A stretch of DNA of 64,000 bases, from assembly GCA_964016885.1 (NCBI GenBank), contig OZ024743.1:34906001-34970000 (forward strand). Direction: 5' to 3'. The notes beneath the pieces were generated by a model that was not told the DNA's origin, ran no database searches, and saw only the letters and a list, made by a program, of their open reading frames with translations. The stretch comes from Eledone cirrhosa (taxonomy: Eukaryota). Positions 22,701 to 35,800 of this stretch are shown here, in pieces (the first letter of the stretch is position 1; the number at the start of each line of letters is the position of its first letter). A program made the translations under genes and the position numbers.

Positions 22701-23749
22701 TTAAGCCTTTAGCATTCACATTACTCTATATTTACTACTGTACTTTCACAGAAAAGGTTTTATCTCACATAGCTATGGTGCGGCCACACTTAAAATTTGC
22801 ATCACCAGTCTGGAACCCCTATCTTGCTCGGGACATTGACCTCCTGGAAACTGTTCAGAGACGTGCAACCAAGCGAATACCTTCCATCAGGTATCTACCA
22901 TATTCTGAACGCCTTACTTCCCTGGGCATGGATACATTGAAGCTCCAACGTCTGGCAACTAACTTGGTAAACACCCACAAAATTATTAAACATCTTGCCA
23001 ATAACAACCCTGAGCACCTTTTTGAATTCCATGTGTCTAACACCCATGGACATGCCTACAAAGTCAGAAAACAGCAAAGCTCCCATGACTTTCAGAAACA
23101 TTTTTTCACGCTCAGAGTTGCTGAAGCATGGAACAAACTGCCTGCATCAGTTGTTAGCTGCCGAGACACTGCATCTTTTAAAACCTCCATGCTTTCTAAA
23201 ATTCGCCAACACTACACCTGATATCCCCCCTCCATACACACACATGTATATCATGACTCATATACTGTTCACTTTCCTAACATTTGTATATTATTCTATG
23301 TACTATACATGCACCTTTGATGAGTTGTAGTGCACCTGAGCACTACACAATAATTTCCATTATATTCCAGACCCATGCTAGCGTGGAAAATGGACGTTAA
23401 ACGACGATGATGATGATGATTATATAAGGGTGGTGGATTGGCAGTATCAGTAGAGGGTCGGACGCGATGCTTTGACGCATAGAGTTACGCCCCTTTCCAT
23501 TCTGAGTTCAAATCCCGCCGAGGTTAACTTTGCCTTTCATCCTTACGGAGTCAATAAAATAAAGTACCAGTAATGCACTGGGTATTTGCTGACCTTGTGC
23601 CAAAAGTAGAAACAATTATTATTATATAATTATCTCAGTATCGAATCTATGAGAACAATACCTTAACATCAGTATGAGTGGCTGGTTACGACTGGTTTGA
23701 AAAGAAAGGGGTGAGAGAATTCTGGCCGGTTTAAATGCTAAAGGGTTAA
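22701..23749 (+). mobile_element. piggyBac-type MITE interrupted by a CR1 3' fragment and SINEs
   Basis: Left part 22701-22771 and right part ~23626-23749 are collinear with intact copies. Confidence 0.78.
22768..23362 (+). mobile_element. 5'-truncated CR1-like LINE (RT C-terminus plus 3' UTR)
   Basis: MVRPHLKFASPVWNPY...LETVQRRATKRIP...FFTLRVAEAWNKLP, closely similar to the element at 46.5-49.9 kb. Confidence 0.9.
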
Positions 23750-25714
23750 CTCTCACTGGGCCACTCAACTTAGCTGTAAATAGGTAATATGAGATAGGTA
23801 CAACTCACCACCATAGCAATAAACAATAATAAATATTTTGTTGACTTGTGTTGTTGAGTTCAAAGTATGTGTTCTTGGAAAATGCTATGAGAATCCACTT
23901 CCGTGTTTTGTCTCCTGAAACTACTGAAGATACATCATCTAAAGAATCACTAAGGTTATATTGAGGGTGAAGTTTTAAATATACATTTCTGAAAGGTATG
24001 TGAGTTTCACAATCCAATTTCCCCTCTCCTAAAATATGTAGTTGGGTATAGATTTAAGCAAGTGACGGTAAAGAGTAAGTACTTGGTAATAGACAATTCT
24101 TAAAGTTGGGTTCAATTCCCAATTGAAATTAGTTTCTTATCCATCTAACTTCATTCCTTATTGAGTCATGTTTGTTACATAACCTCATCTCTTTTCTCCA
24201 CACATTTTTGCTATTGGGGTTCTTGTAAGAAATCTATATGGTTTTATTTCTGAGATTAATCAACTTATAGCATGTTCTTCATGGACAGCTATTTGATTAA
24301 TTAATCTAAATAATTGTCTCTACTTTAGGTACAAGGCCAGCAATTGAAAGGGGGCGGGGTCAATTAAATCGACTACAGTGCATTACAGGTGTTTTATTTT
24401 ATCAACCCTGTAAGGATGAAAGGCAAAGCTAATCTCAGGGGGATTTGAACCGAGAGCGTAAAGGGACATAACTATGTCGCTAAGCAATTTGTCCGACACT
24501 CTACTGATACTGCCAATCCACCACTCTTAATCTAAATAATACAAAGTATATTAGATTAATAGTTCTAGCAGTCCTTACAATGATTAATTTCTTTGTAATA
24601 TATACATATATATATATCATCTTTATCATCATCATTTTTATGTCTGCTTTTCCATGCTTGCATGGGTTGGATGGCTCCTCAGCACGGCATCTCTCCACAT
24701 GTTGCGATCCTTTGTCATCACCTCTGTGTGTCTGTAATTTGAGGTCATCCTGTTGAGTCATTTTTGTATGCCATGATTCTGCCCTTCCTTACAGAGTCAA
24801 AACAGCCTATATTTGGTATTTTCTGGCATGTTTACATGCCTACATATTAGATATATGTATATATTCATATATGTTGGTGCAGTCTCAGTTACACACTCTG
24901 TATTTATACAGATATAACTTTATATATATGAAGGAGAAGCTGGATTTAAAGGAACCCAAGGTGGTGTGCAGGAGAGAGGACATCTGATATGCACGTATGA
25001 TGATCGATGGATGAAGAAGTGCCAGTGGATGGAAGCCACAGTAAAGGTAGACCAAGAAAGACCTGGGCAGAGGTAGCAAGAACTGACCTCAAATTGCTAA
25101 TAATCACAGAGATGACAAAGGGATGCGGCAAGTTGTGAGATGGTGAGCTGAAAAGGACCCATCCAACCCATGCAAGCGGGAAAAATGGACATAAAAACGA
25201 CGACAATGATGATGATGTTGATGATTATTTGTGGTGTTTCCCTCGAATATCTTAATGACTCCATTCTGACAGAGATCATTGCATGTATAGGGACTGCCTC
25301 AGATAATTCTACTTGTGTTGCCAGGATGCAACTACAACTTCGATATAAAACATGAAACAATATTATCCTCCTAGTTTTAATTAACTTATTTAAGAGCTTA
25401 AATTAAGGATGAGTGAATATCTGTTTTTTCACACAATGAATTCCCGCTACGATAGTGCTAAGTGGCTTTCCTCTATGAAGACCATGTGATACAACAATAC
25501 TATTGGATTATTACCTACTGTGACAGCCAGATAGAAGTTGGGTATAAATTGAAAGAATGCCTGCTGTTGATGATTTAGCCTGTTCTAATTATGTACAACT
25601 GTTAGATGCACTTACAGCTTATGAATGCATACTAGTAAATTGTGATGCATCAGAAACCATGAAAATCTAGGTCAGAAATTCTTTCCCTTTGTATACATTG
25701 TTGTTATATATATA

Positions 25715-25745
25715 CTAGACCACCCATGACCCAACGGGTCACATT
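25715..25745 (-). mobile_element. Helitron-like 3' terminus
   Basis: Minus strand: TGACCC-GTT-GGGTCA hairpin, short spacer, CTAG|T. Confidence 0.6.
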
Positions 25746-26335
25746 CACTTCAAAATATTTTTTTTAAATCTTGTTCACTTAAAAATAATTTTTAAATAAT
25801 TAAAATATACAGACATGTATATAATGTGAACTGAAACTGGAAGACCCATATATATGTGTGTGTATGTATATATATAAATGTGTGTGTGTATATCTATATA
25901 TATAAAACTGATGTTGTCTGTGTGTGTCCTCATTTTTGCAAAGTCTATACAAATCCACATTTCTACTCCGATTGACTTCAAACTTGCATTTATATATTCC
26001 GTGTGGTCTAAAGATATTAACTGCAGCTTTTATTTTTCAATTGTTAACAGGGTGTTAGGCACCAGTTATCCATCTCCGTAGCGCTCTTATAATATCTGTC
26101 TGTATGCCTGGCTGTCTGCATTACGACATTCTGACAAACATTGATCACGTATTATGTTCGCTATTTTCCGTTCTTTACCAGGGAACGTCTTCATGAAACA
26201 AAGTATCGTCTTCCTGTTGCAACGTTTTTCGAAATATTTACTTCTACGTTCACAGATTGATGTTTTTAGTTTCAGAAGATCCCGTTAAGGGTGAAAGCAA
26301 CGATTCATTGCTTAAACTTTAATGTGTTATTTTAA

Positions 26336-26982
26336 TCTACATATGTATATATATAAAACTGAGGAAGGATGTATGTATGTATGTGTGTGTGTGTGTGTGA
26401 AACCCAAGAAGTACCCAACCAATCTTTTTCAAACTTTACATGTGTATTACTTATGTTTCAGGGAGTGTTGTGCACATAAAAAAATTCAACTTTTTGATTC
26501 CCTAGGGCCCACATTAGGTGAAAAACTGCATTTTTTTTCCAGCTTTTTATGCGATTTTTGAGGCGTTACGTCAGACCGATTTCCTTGAAATTGTAATTAT
26601 GTATTAGTCAGTCTCTTCATACCGTGAGCAAAGAAAATCCAACTTTTTTATGTCCTAGGGCCTGCATTAGGTGAAAAACTTCATTTTTTTCAGTTTTTTA
26701 GGGCTTTTTTGAGGCGTTACGTCTAGCCGATTTTCCCGAAATTTCAAGGCATATTATGCACATAAAAAAATTCATTTTCTTGATCCCCTAGGGCCTGCAT
26801 TAGGTGAAAACCTGCCTTTTTCCTGCTTCATCGAAGAAAATCTTAGATTATCCAGCCATCAGAGTATTCGGTTTATTTTCTTTACATATTGTCCAGGCAG
26901 CAGTTTTTCCACAATTAGGTCTTGTTGACGGCCCGCATTCCAAAAATACCTTATCCCATGCAACGCCAGGTACCACTGCTAG
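26336..26982 (+). mobile_element. Non-autonomous Helitron with internal ~140-bp tandem repeats
   Basis: A|TCTACATATGTATATATATAAAA 5' end; CCCATGCAACGCCAGG...CTAG|T 3' end; three internal CCTAGGGCC...TTAGGTGAAAA units. Confidence 0.75.
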
Positions 26983-27559
26983 TATATAAATATATGTGGG
27001 GTGTCTGTGATTTTTATATGCACTGGTCATAGACACACACACACACATATATATAAACAACACCATCAGCTCTCTCTTTCTCTTCAGTTCTCCTGTCCCT
27101 CTCTCTATGTCTCTCTTTCAATCTACTCTCTCACAACCACTATCTCTTTCTCTCTATCCTTCTCTTTCTCTGTGTATCAAGGTACCCAGAAAACCCCATA
27201 TCTCAGGAACCTGTGCTTCAATTTACGCAAAACTTGTTTTATTCCATTTGTATTCCCATTTCACGCTCAACTTCCTTTCAAAGTATTTTTCCATTATGCG
27301 CCCTTTTTGGCTGTATTACATTACAGACAAGCAAGCAATCACAGAGTTTTAGCAATATATAGATAACTACCATACACCCACCTTGTATATTATTTTTGGT
27401 GTTTCCTTCGAATATGTAAATGAGTTCACTCTAATGAAGGAAATTAATTTATTTTTCACATCATAGAGTGTATAATGACTTCCTCAGATATTACTACTTG
27501 TGTTGCTAAGAAGATGCAACAACAACTTTAATGTAACACTTGAAAATATTATATAATCA

Positions 27560-29465
27560 TCACCATTTAACATCTGCTTTCCCTGCTAGTAAGGGTTGGA
27601 TGAGTCTACATAGACCAAGTCAGTACTGAAGCAAGGCCTCTGACATCCCAGACAGGCCAAGGATCTGTATTTCGCTTGCAAATGTTAATTATTGAGTGCA
27701 GAGAAGTTGTGTCATTTTACACAAACTAAAGGATCCTCCTAACACCTTCTTTGACAAGCTCTCTATGGCTGGATGCCCTTCCTATCACCAATCACTTTAC
27801 AGTGTGTGCTGGGTGAATTTATTGTGTAGCTCACCAACACCAAAGAGGTTGTGTCTTGGACACAGCTGAAGGGTCCTCTCAACCCTTTAACCCTTTAGCA
27901 TTTAAATTACTCTATATTTTCTATTGTATTTTCATGGTAAAGTCTTTATCTCACATAATATCGAATATATAAGATTTTGATATTTATTTTGAGAACAATA
28001 CTCTAACATCAGTATGAGTGGCCAGTTACAGCTGATTTGAACAGAAAAGGTGAGAGAATTCTGGTCAGATATGGCCAGTTTAAATGCTAAAGGGTTAAGG
28101 CAAGGTTTCTACAGCAAGGTGCCTTTCCTGTCGCCAACTGCCCATACAGAGTGTACCGGGTGCATTTTGTGGCATCATCACTAGAAAGGTTATTGGTCAT
28201 ATACCCAACTGTAGAGTCCTCTCCACTTTAGGAATGGAGTATTAGGGGAGAGAGATAAGTATTAAGTGATAGGTGTTTGTGAGGATAGGTAGGGGTGGCT
28301 GATTAGTGTATGTGGTCAATATGGTGGGGAAGTGATGGCTCGATAGGTAGGAGGTAAGGGATAGTGTAGCTGGTTAGTGTATGGGGAGAGGGGACGTAGT
28401 GGTGTGGGAAATATGGTCGATAGAGAGGTGGGGGGTGTTAAGGGGTAGTAATGGTGGTGAACAAGGGGTAGAGAGAGTAGATACTAGGGTGCAACGGTGA
28501 GGATATCTAAGATCTTTAAAGTGGGATAGTAGTTAAGGAGTGGGCATGGATGGTGAGTGCAGTAGTAGTGAGGATAGATGGTGGGGAGCGGTCAGGTCAT
28601 ACTGTATGCTTCTGACTAGGTCTTCCTCATCACAGCATAGTGCCAGCAATCTCGATCTTTTGTCATCTCAGTTGTGAAACTTAGTTTCTTCCTGGGTCTG
28701 CCTTTTCCTCAGGTTCCAGCCACTGGGATAGCTCTGTATTTCTTTATGCAGCTGCTATCCGCCATATGCATCACATGTCCATACCAGTGCAATCTTCTCT
28801 CTTGTACATTATATCCAATTCCTCTTATGCTAAGTTTTCCTCTCAGTTCACTTATGCTACATCATTCATGCACACTAACATTACACATTCATCAGAACAT
28901 ACTCGCTTCATTTCTCTCCAGCCTTCTGCAGTTAAGGTCCATGTTTCACTGCCATATAGCATTGCAATTTGCATGCAAGATCATAGTCTACCCTTCACTC
29001 AGAATGGGAAGCCCTTTGTTATCAGCAGAGGTATTAGCTCTCTAAACTTCTTCCAGCCTATTCTGATCCTGACTTTCACATTTCCAGGGCATCCTCCTCC
29101 ACTGTTAATTTGATCGCCTTAGTAACAGAAGTTGTTGACAACTTCTAAGGAGACTCCCTGGCAGCTGAAGGAATCTTCTTCACATGAGTTTTTAGTGCTT
29201 ACTTCTCCTGTGCATCTGCCACATACAATCTTATGTGCATAGATTGCACTGTGTACACCTTATAGAATTTCTGACACATCGGACAAGGTCATTTCCCTGA
29301 TGGTATCACTCTCTTATCCTCTTTCCTACTTATTAGCACTTTTGTCTTTACTTAGTTTAGCTTTAAGCCTTTCAAGTTTCTAACTCTTCTACAGATTTGG
29401 CTGTAAAGATTAAGGCATCAGCATATAAGAGCTTCTACAGTGTGCCAGTTTTTAAACTCCTTAGT
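27560..29465 (-). mobile_element. Old decayed RTE LINE 3' part (RT end, PHD-like finger remnant, C-rich 3' UTR, SINE-shared tail)
   Basis: Minus translation gives EFKTG...ELLYADAL, GDQINSGGGC...RIRIGWKKFRELIPLL, RWYGHVM, homologous to 52700-53700. Many indels. Confidence 0.82.
27887..28098 (+). mobile_element. piggyBac-type MITE copy
   Basis: Perfect TTAACCCTTTAGCATTTAAA / TTTAAATGCTAAAGGGTTAA ends. Confidence 0.88.
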
Positions 29466-29550
29466 GAAAGATGTCAAATATTAAACAAAAATGATGTTTA
29501 ATTCAACATAAATATATGAAGTAAGTGTATCATTTTCTACCGGTTTCTGC

Positions 29551-29770
29551 TTAACCCTTTAGCATTTACATTACTCTCTATATATTATTGTATTTTTGTG
29601 GTAAAGGTTACATAATTATCTCACATAATATCGAATCTATGAGATTTTGATATTATTTATTTTGAGAACAATACCTTAACATCAGTATGAGTGGCTGGTT
29701 ACAGCCAGTTTAAACATAAAGAGGTGAGAGAATTCTGGCCAGTTACAGCCAGTTTAAATGCTAAAGGGTT
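29551..29770 (+). mobile_element. piggyBac-type MITE copy
   Basis: Same TIRs and body. Confidence 0.85.
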
Positions 29771-29793
29771 GGTGCATAAATAAACCACTCTTA

Positions 29794-29830
<37 letters not shown>

Positions 29831-29834
29831 ACAA

Positions 29835-32800
29835 CAATAAAATTCAATATAATGTTTTATTTATTAAGACATGCAATCTGTTTTTTTTTTTTAATTTACT
29901 GTTTTTAATCCTGGGTATTCATTAGTATAAGGGGAGGGGAATAAAGTTAGGAATTTAACATATTTTACAGAAATATATAGCAACACTGCTGCTTTTTATT
30001 AATAGCTTGAACAGGAGTTATATTACAGGGTCTAATATATTTGGCAGCAACAAACGGTGTGTATACACAATTTATATACAGTTGCCAATTTACATATATG
30101 CATGTGGTGTCTTGATGAAACAACTATACATATATATACATATATATATATATATAGAAAGAAAGAGGATTATAAAATTTAGCACTCTTACAGTAATGGT
30201 GATGACACTCAAAAAGAAAACTGATTTCAAATATAAATGAATAGCAGAAGGAGACATAAAAGAAAATGAAAAGAGAAAAGAGAAAGAGAGAGAGTAAGCA
30301 GAAAAGCAAACATAAAAAAAAAGGAAATAAACCAAATATGAAGGGATCTGGCAGATAAAAAAAGCACCCTAATAAACTAAAAATTGTAAAGAAGTCTGTT
30401 ATGATTTAGAGAATGAAGTGATAGATGAAGATAAGAGAAATGCCCAGGAATGCGAGGTGATCAATCATCAACAATGTATCTGGTGCTTGGCTGCTAATGT
30501 GGAAATAAATATAGGCAAATCTTAAATAGAACAAAAAAAATTAAGTATGTAGGTAGTTCATGAGGAAACAGATTACATAAAATGAGTAGTAATGAACTTG
30601 ACAATGATAATAGAAAACCCTAGCTTAGATTTTCATGACCCTTTTTCTCTGAGATTAATGAACTAGCAAGAAATCATTGATATGAAGGCAGACAACGCTC
30701 TCTCTCTCTCTCTCACTGACACACACACACCAAACTCACAACAACATCAGCTAACTGACCAGGAAGTAAAGACATCATCGTTATTTAACATCTGGATGTG
30801 TTTACTTATATGGCAACTTGTATTAAAATATTTAACTATCAAGATGTAATATCTAATTATAAGATTACCAACTGGTAACCACTAATATAGTGGTGCCTAA
30901 CAGATTAAATCCCAAACTAGTAACAGGCAGACAATCAAATGGTGTGAGTGAGAAATGGTATAACAGAGGTCCTTCTAAAGAAAGACAGCATAGATAAATT
31001 TTGAAGAGAATTCTTGTGAAAATGTGTGGATTTCTTAAACAATTGGAGAAAAGAGAAAAACTAGCCGTTGCATTTTTTAAAAAATGGCAAACTGTATCAA
31101 CAATGTTGCATATTGTCAAAAATACTTCAAATAGCCAGTAAAAAATGGACACTAAATTTAGAACAAATATATGTGCTAAAACCTAAATGCCTAAGATAAG
31201 AAGATTTGTGATAAAAGATCTTTGTTCAAATAGGCAAGGTCATAGGAAGATATCAGTAAAGTAAAACTAGTTCCATTACATGAGTACAAACATTGTTGGA
31301 ACAGTGCTATAGTCTGGTACATACACATACTTACTATAGCTCACATTGTCAAATGGTTATAACATTTCCAACCATTTACATCACTGTACAAAGTCTCTAG
31401 TCTCCTTCATACACAGACCTGTTTTACTCACATATATGTATATATCACTCTGTGATCAAGATAACTGTGTATTCTTATAATTATCATTGTTGTTTTAACA
31501 TTCAACACTGGACGGTTGTGAAACACAGCTTATCTATCATGTTTCCACGTCCCTGACTTTATGTAGCCCAGGTCTCTTTAAATTTTGCTGTATTACAGTC
31601 CCTTCTAATCATCAACTCATAGTACTTTCTTACACTACAGTCATCATTCTTTTGAAGTATATATCAATGGCAACAAACTCATCACTCTTGCAGATATCAC
31701 AAATGTCTTTTAGACCCACTTACTTTCTCAACTCATATTGCACAATTTCAAAGATTGAAAGAAAAAAAAAAGCAATAAGTTCCAATATTCTTGAAGGAGA
31801 CAAACAACCGAGTTGTCAAGAGACTGTAGATGTATAAAGTTTAAAAACAACTCCTCCCATTATTAACAGGATAACATAATGTAGAAATAAACTACTGGTT
31901 AATCTTTAGGTAAAACACATTTGTGTCTACCAGTTACTTTACTTATATATCAATTTAATTACACTCCAGCTAATTCTAATAATGAGTTGAACATGACAAA
32001 CTGATAATGTTCAGTCAATCAAATGTAGATTATTGAAAATACCAATAAAATCCCTATAAAGCAGTATATCAATAAGTGTAGCCATAGACTGTTAGAATTG
32101 ACTACAACTTTAAAAAAACTATCAGCAGGTATTTTTTTAATAAAAAGAACAGTTGTTCTTAAATACATTCAATGGAAACTTTTCTGTCAGTTCTAGAGAG
32201 AATTAGTTAAAAGCCTTCTGCATCTATTTATGCAATATCTTTAATAGCCTATGTACTACAATAATTAATTCTTAAAATCCTATAATGATTTAGTAGAAAA
32301 TATCTTTAAAAAAAAAAACAGGTTTGCTGATTCAAAGGTTTATAGTATCTTTACTACTAGACAGTTCATTGTGAAAATGTTCAATATTAGAGAAAATACT
32401 TTAAGAGGTATTCAGTAAAAATAGTTTTGGAAGTTTGCATGTTAAACATGCTGCCATACAAGTCTAAAAATTAACAGAAATATCAAGTAAAAGCTCTGTT
32501 ATTCTAGAAATTTCTGAAGTTGGTTCAGTTACAGGACATTTTAGCAGTGAATTTGGCAATATCTTTTGGATATCTTTCATATAACTATTACTGATACAGG
32601 TAGAAAGAATTCAGCACTTTCACTGTAACTATAAACTAAAGTGTGTGAGTGGTTAAAGAAAGGTTGTGTCTAGAATAATTCACCATAAAATGCCCATACA
32701 AGAGAAAGTCAGTAAGTAATATTAACAGATGAATTTGACATAAAAAAGTTCATTGAAATGTTAATCATGAGGAGGAACATACTGTTGATGGATTAAACAG

Positions 32801-35800
32801 CAGTAACAAACAAATCAATAAACTTTTATAACAGTAGGATATTTAGAAAGATTCAGTCAGTTTTGATTTTTTACTTTTAAATGGAAGACAGATTTATATA
32901 ATGGTAGCAGAGAAAAATCTTGTAAACAAATAGAAAAAAAAATTAAGGAAGATAATTTTCTTTGTTAACAAAGGGAAATTTGGAGCTTTGTCATTTTGTC
33001 TCAAAATAAGCATTGAAATGTTTTCACAAGACCTACACAACCTGATTGTTATTAACAATAACAATTTAACACAGTTATCACATGTTAGTTAAACTACAAA
33101 CATAACACAACCATAAACAAATGGGTTGTAACAGTGATCTCACATTAGGAAAACTATACCTATGCAACTGTAATGACTACAACATAACTGCAAAGGGGAC
33201 TGTAGCATAGCGTTTTAGCATATATGTGTATCTGCACTGAGGAATGGCTGTTGATATTTGGTGGGTGTGCAGAGGAGCAACAACAAAAGAGGTGTTGATG
33301 GGTTGAGGGTTAAATAAAACAAACTAGCAACAAGTGAAGTTAGCAGAAATATGAGTAGCCAACGAAAAGTGAAATGTTGCATAGGTAAAGTGAAGGTGAT
33401 ACTGTAGGCAGGTTAACAATGGTTTAGGAAATACAATGGTTGAAATCTAGGTTGGTATCATGATCGCCATTGTTATTATTAATATTAGTACTGAATTAGT
33501 AGCTTATATGTCTAAAACAATTTCAATGCACAAAGGGTAAAAGCTTATTCTTGCAAGCAAAGTGCATAAACAGGAGTTTAGTTTAGCAATGGACCATCAG
33601 TTTGTGGAAATTAGTAATGTTTAGTTGTAAATTATCTACAAACATGGGATTGAAGCAACAAGTGGCTAATAGTAACCACTAACAAGTGAAATATTTTATT
33701 TTGCTTGCCAAACTATTAAAGTTCTAAAATGACTTTTGGGAAGACAGTTTCAATAAGGATGCTTAAACAAAAAGAAATGAAGTGATTTGTTTGAAAACAA
33801 AAATAAATGCAATAATGGCAGCTGAAATATAAAAGCCTAGTTTGAGACAATGACAAAGCCCTTACAGGTTGTTATCATACAAATCAGCATAATTGACTTT
33901 CAATTATAACATAAATAACAAAAATAAATTCAAGTAAAAAGATGACCTTTCAGAGTTTTCAGTCAGTGAGGAAACATTGTGATAAAAAATTAAAATAAAT
34001 GACATTTTAAGGAAGACATTTACCTTTAAAAAGGTTTTTAAAACTTTTAAAGAAGTTTATCAAATTAATATTTAATAAATCATAACAAAATGTTGACTCA
34101 TTTTTACTCAAGAAAAAAACATCTGAACAGTTGTCTCTATGTGGCTTCTTTCCTATTTATAACTGAGCTAGTTCACAATAAGTTTATATCTTACCAGTGA
34201 AATACGACTAACAATTTAAGAAACCTATATTTAGATCTGGCTCTAATTTATGCTGAAATAGAGATGTGAATAGAATTATATAATAGAAGAACATCATTAT
34301 GGCTAGGTTTTGATCAATTGTCATAGACTATGTTTAATATTTTTTCAAACTATCAGGTTGTAGTATTTTATCAATAAACACACTGCCTTTGATAACAAAC
34401 TTATTCATTTACTATTTCACTGAGACATCTTGGAGATACAACTAAAAAAATAGTCATAATATTTCTAGCTTAGTTGACACCCTATGTTCAATGAAAACTT
34501 TATTGAATGAGAACTTATCAAAAAATAATAATCTCTCAAATGAATAAATGGCCTGTAATTCTAAATTTCTAAATCCATAGTAAAAGAAGAGACAGAAAAA
34601 AATCAGATTAAAACTTATTTATGTAGAGGCAAGACAAAACGTATAATGATGATTGAGGTTTTACTTGATAGCCATATTTAAAAATATAAAGAAACAGGTA
34701 AGAAAATTAAAGCAGCACTATAAAAGACTAAAGTGGCAGAGTTGGGAGAGCTGTAATATAGGTTAAATCATGTGGTAAACTATTCAACTAGAGCCAAACT
34801 GTACTATGAAAGGTGACATTTCCAATTCAGAGAGAAGTCTTAGCTGTAAGTGAAACTTCATTCACAAACTAAGAGATTTACATATATATATAGAGGGTTT
34901 GCTAATTGGGATTATACAAACCTAGTAAAAAATAAAAAAGATCCCTAAATCATTCAGCACAGGTACTTGACAATGGAAAGTCTCTGTGTAGAAATGACTG
35001 AATAATTAGCAAACCCTATACAAATCAACAAATTTCAGTAATTTCAATATAAATACTGAAATCTGTCTCACACTATGAGCTAACCATTGCTATTTAGAGA
35101 TATATTATGGATCCAATGAATTAAAAGATAAAGTGTTGACAAAGTTATTACTGAATAAAAAAGCTGGTGGTAGTTTTTATCTCTAAACAGAAGCCAGTGT
35201 GATGATCTAATCTGTTAAATATCAATATTATACTAATTCACATTGTTTCACATTTTGGTCACCAATGTGGCTTAACATAATAGTTAGTTGAAAATTAAGA
35301 AAATTCCAAAAATTTCAACAAGTACAACCATAGTATTTAAATGTCACAATTTGATGGAAGAACAAAGTTTAACAATAGAAACTAAATATGGAAGCACATC
35401 AGCTATACGTAATAAACTGGAGGATAACAGATCAAGTGAAGCTACAAATAATATGTTGAAATAAAACAAAGAGCTACTTCAAAAATGTTTCACAATAAAA
35501 AATATATTTGACAAGGAGGTAACAAAATTTTTTAAATTAAAATTATAAGTGCTTTCTTTTCTAACTGGTCTTACTTTTCATCATCATCATCATCATTTTA
35601 CGTCCGCTTTTCCCTGCTTGCAAGGGTGGGACTTTTCTACCTTGAAATTATTGGTTTGGCTAACTTCTCAAGTAATGCCTCTAATACAACAAAAAATGGT
35701 GTAATTCAAAGATGAGCTGGCAACAGACTGAGTAAAAAGACAGCAGACTCTCAGCATCTGTTGGAATGATGCAGTTAGACTCTTTAGAGCAGTATATGAT

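Noticed and set aside
23490-23530. tRNA gene (GAGTTCAAATCC T-loop/B-box)
   Set aside because: It is part of the multi-copy SINE-A head, with no complete cloverleaf.
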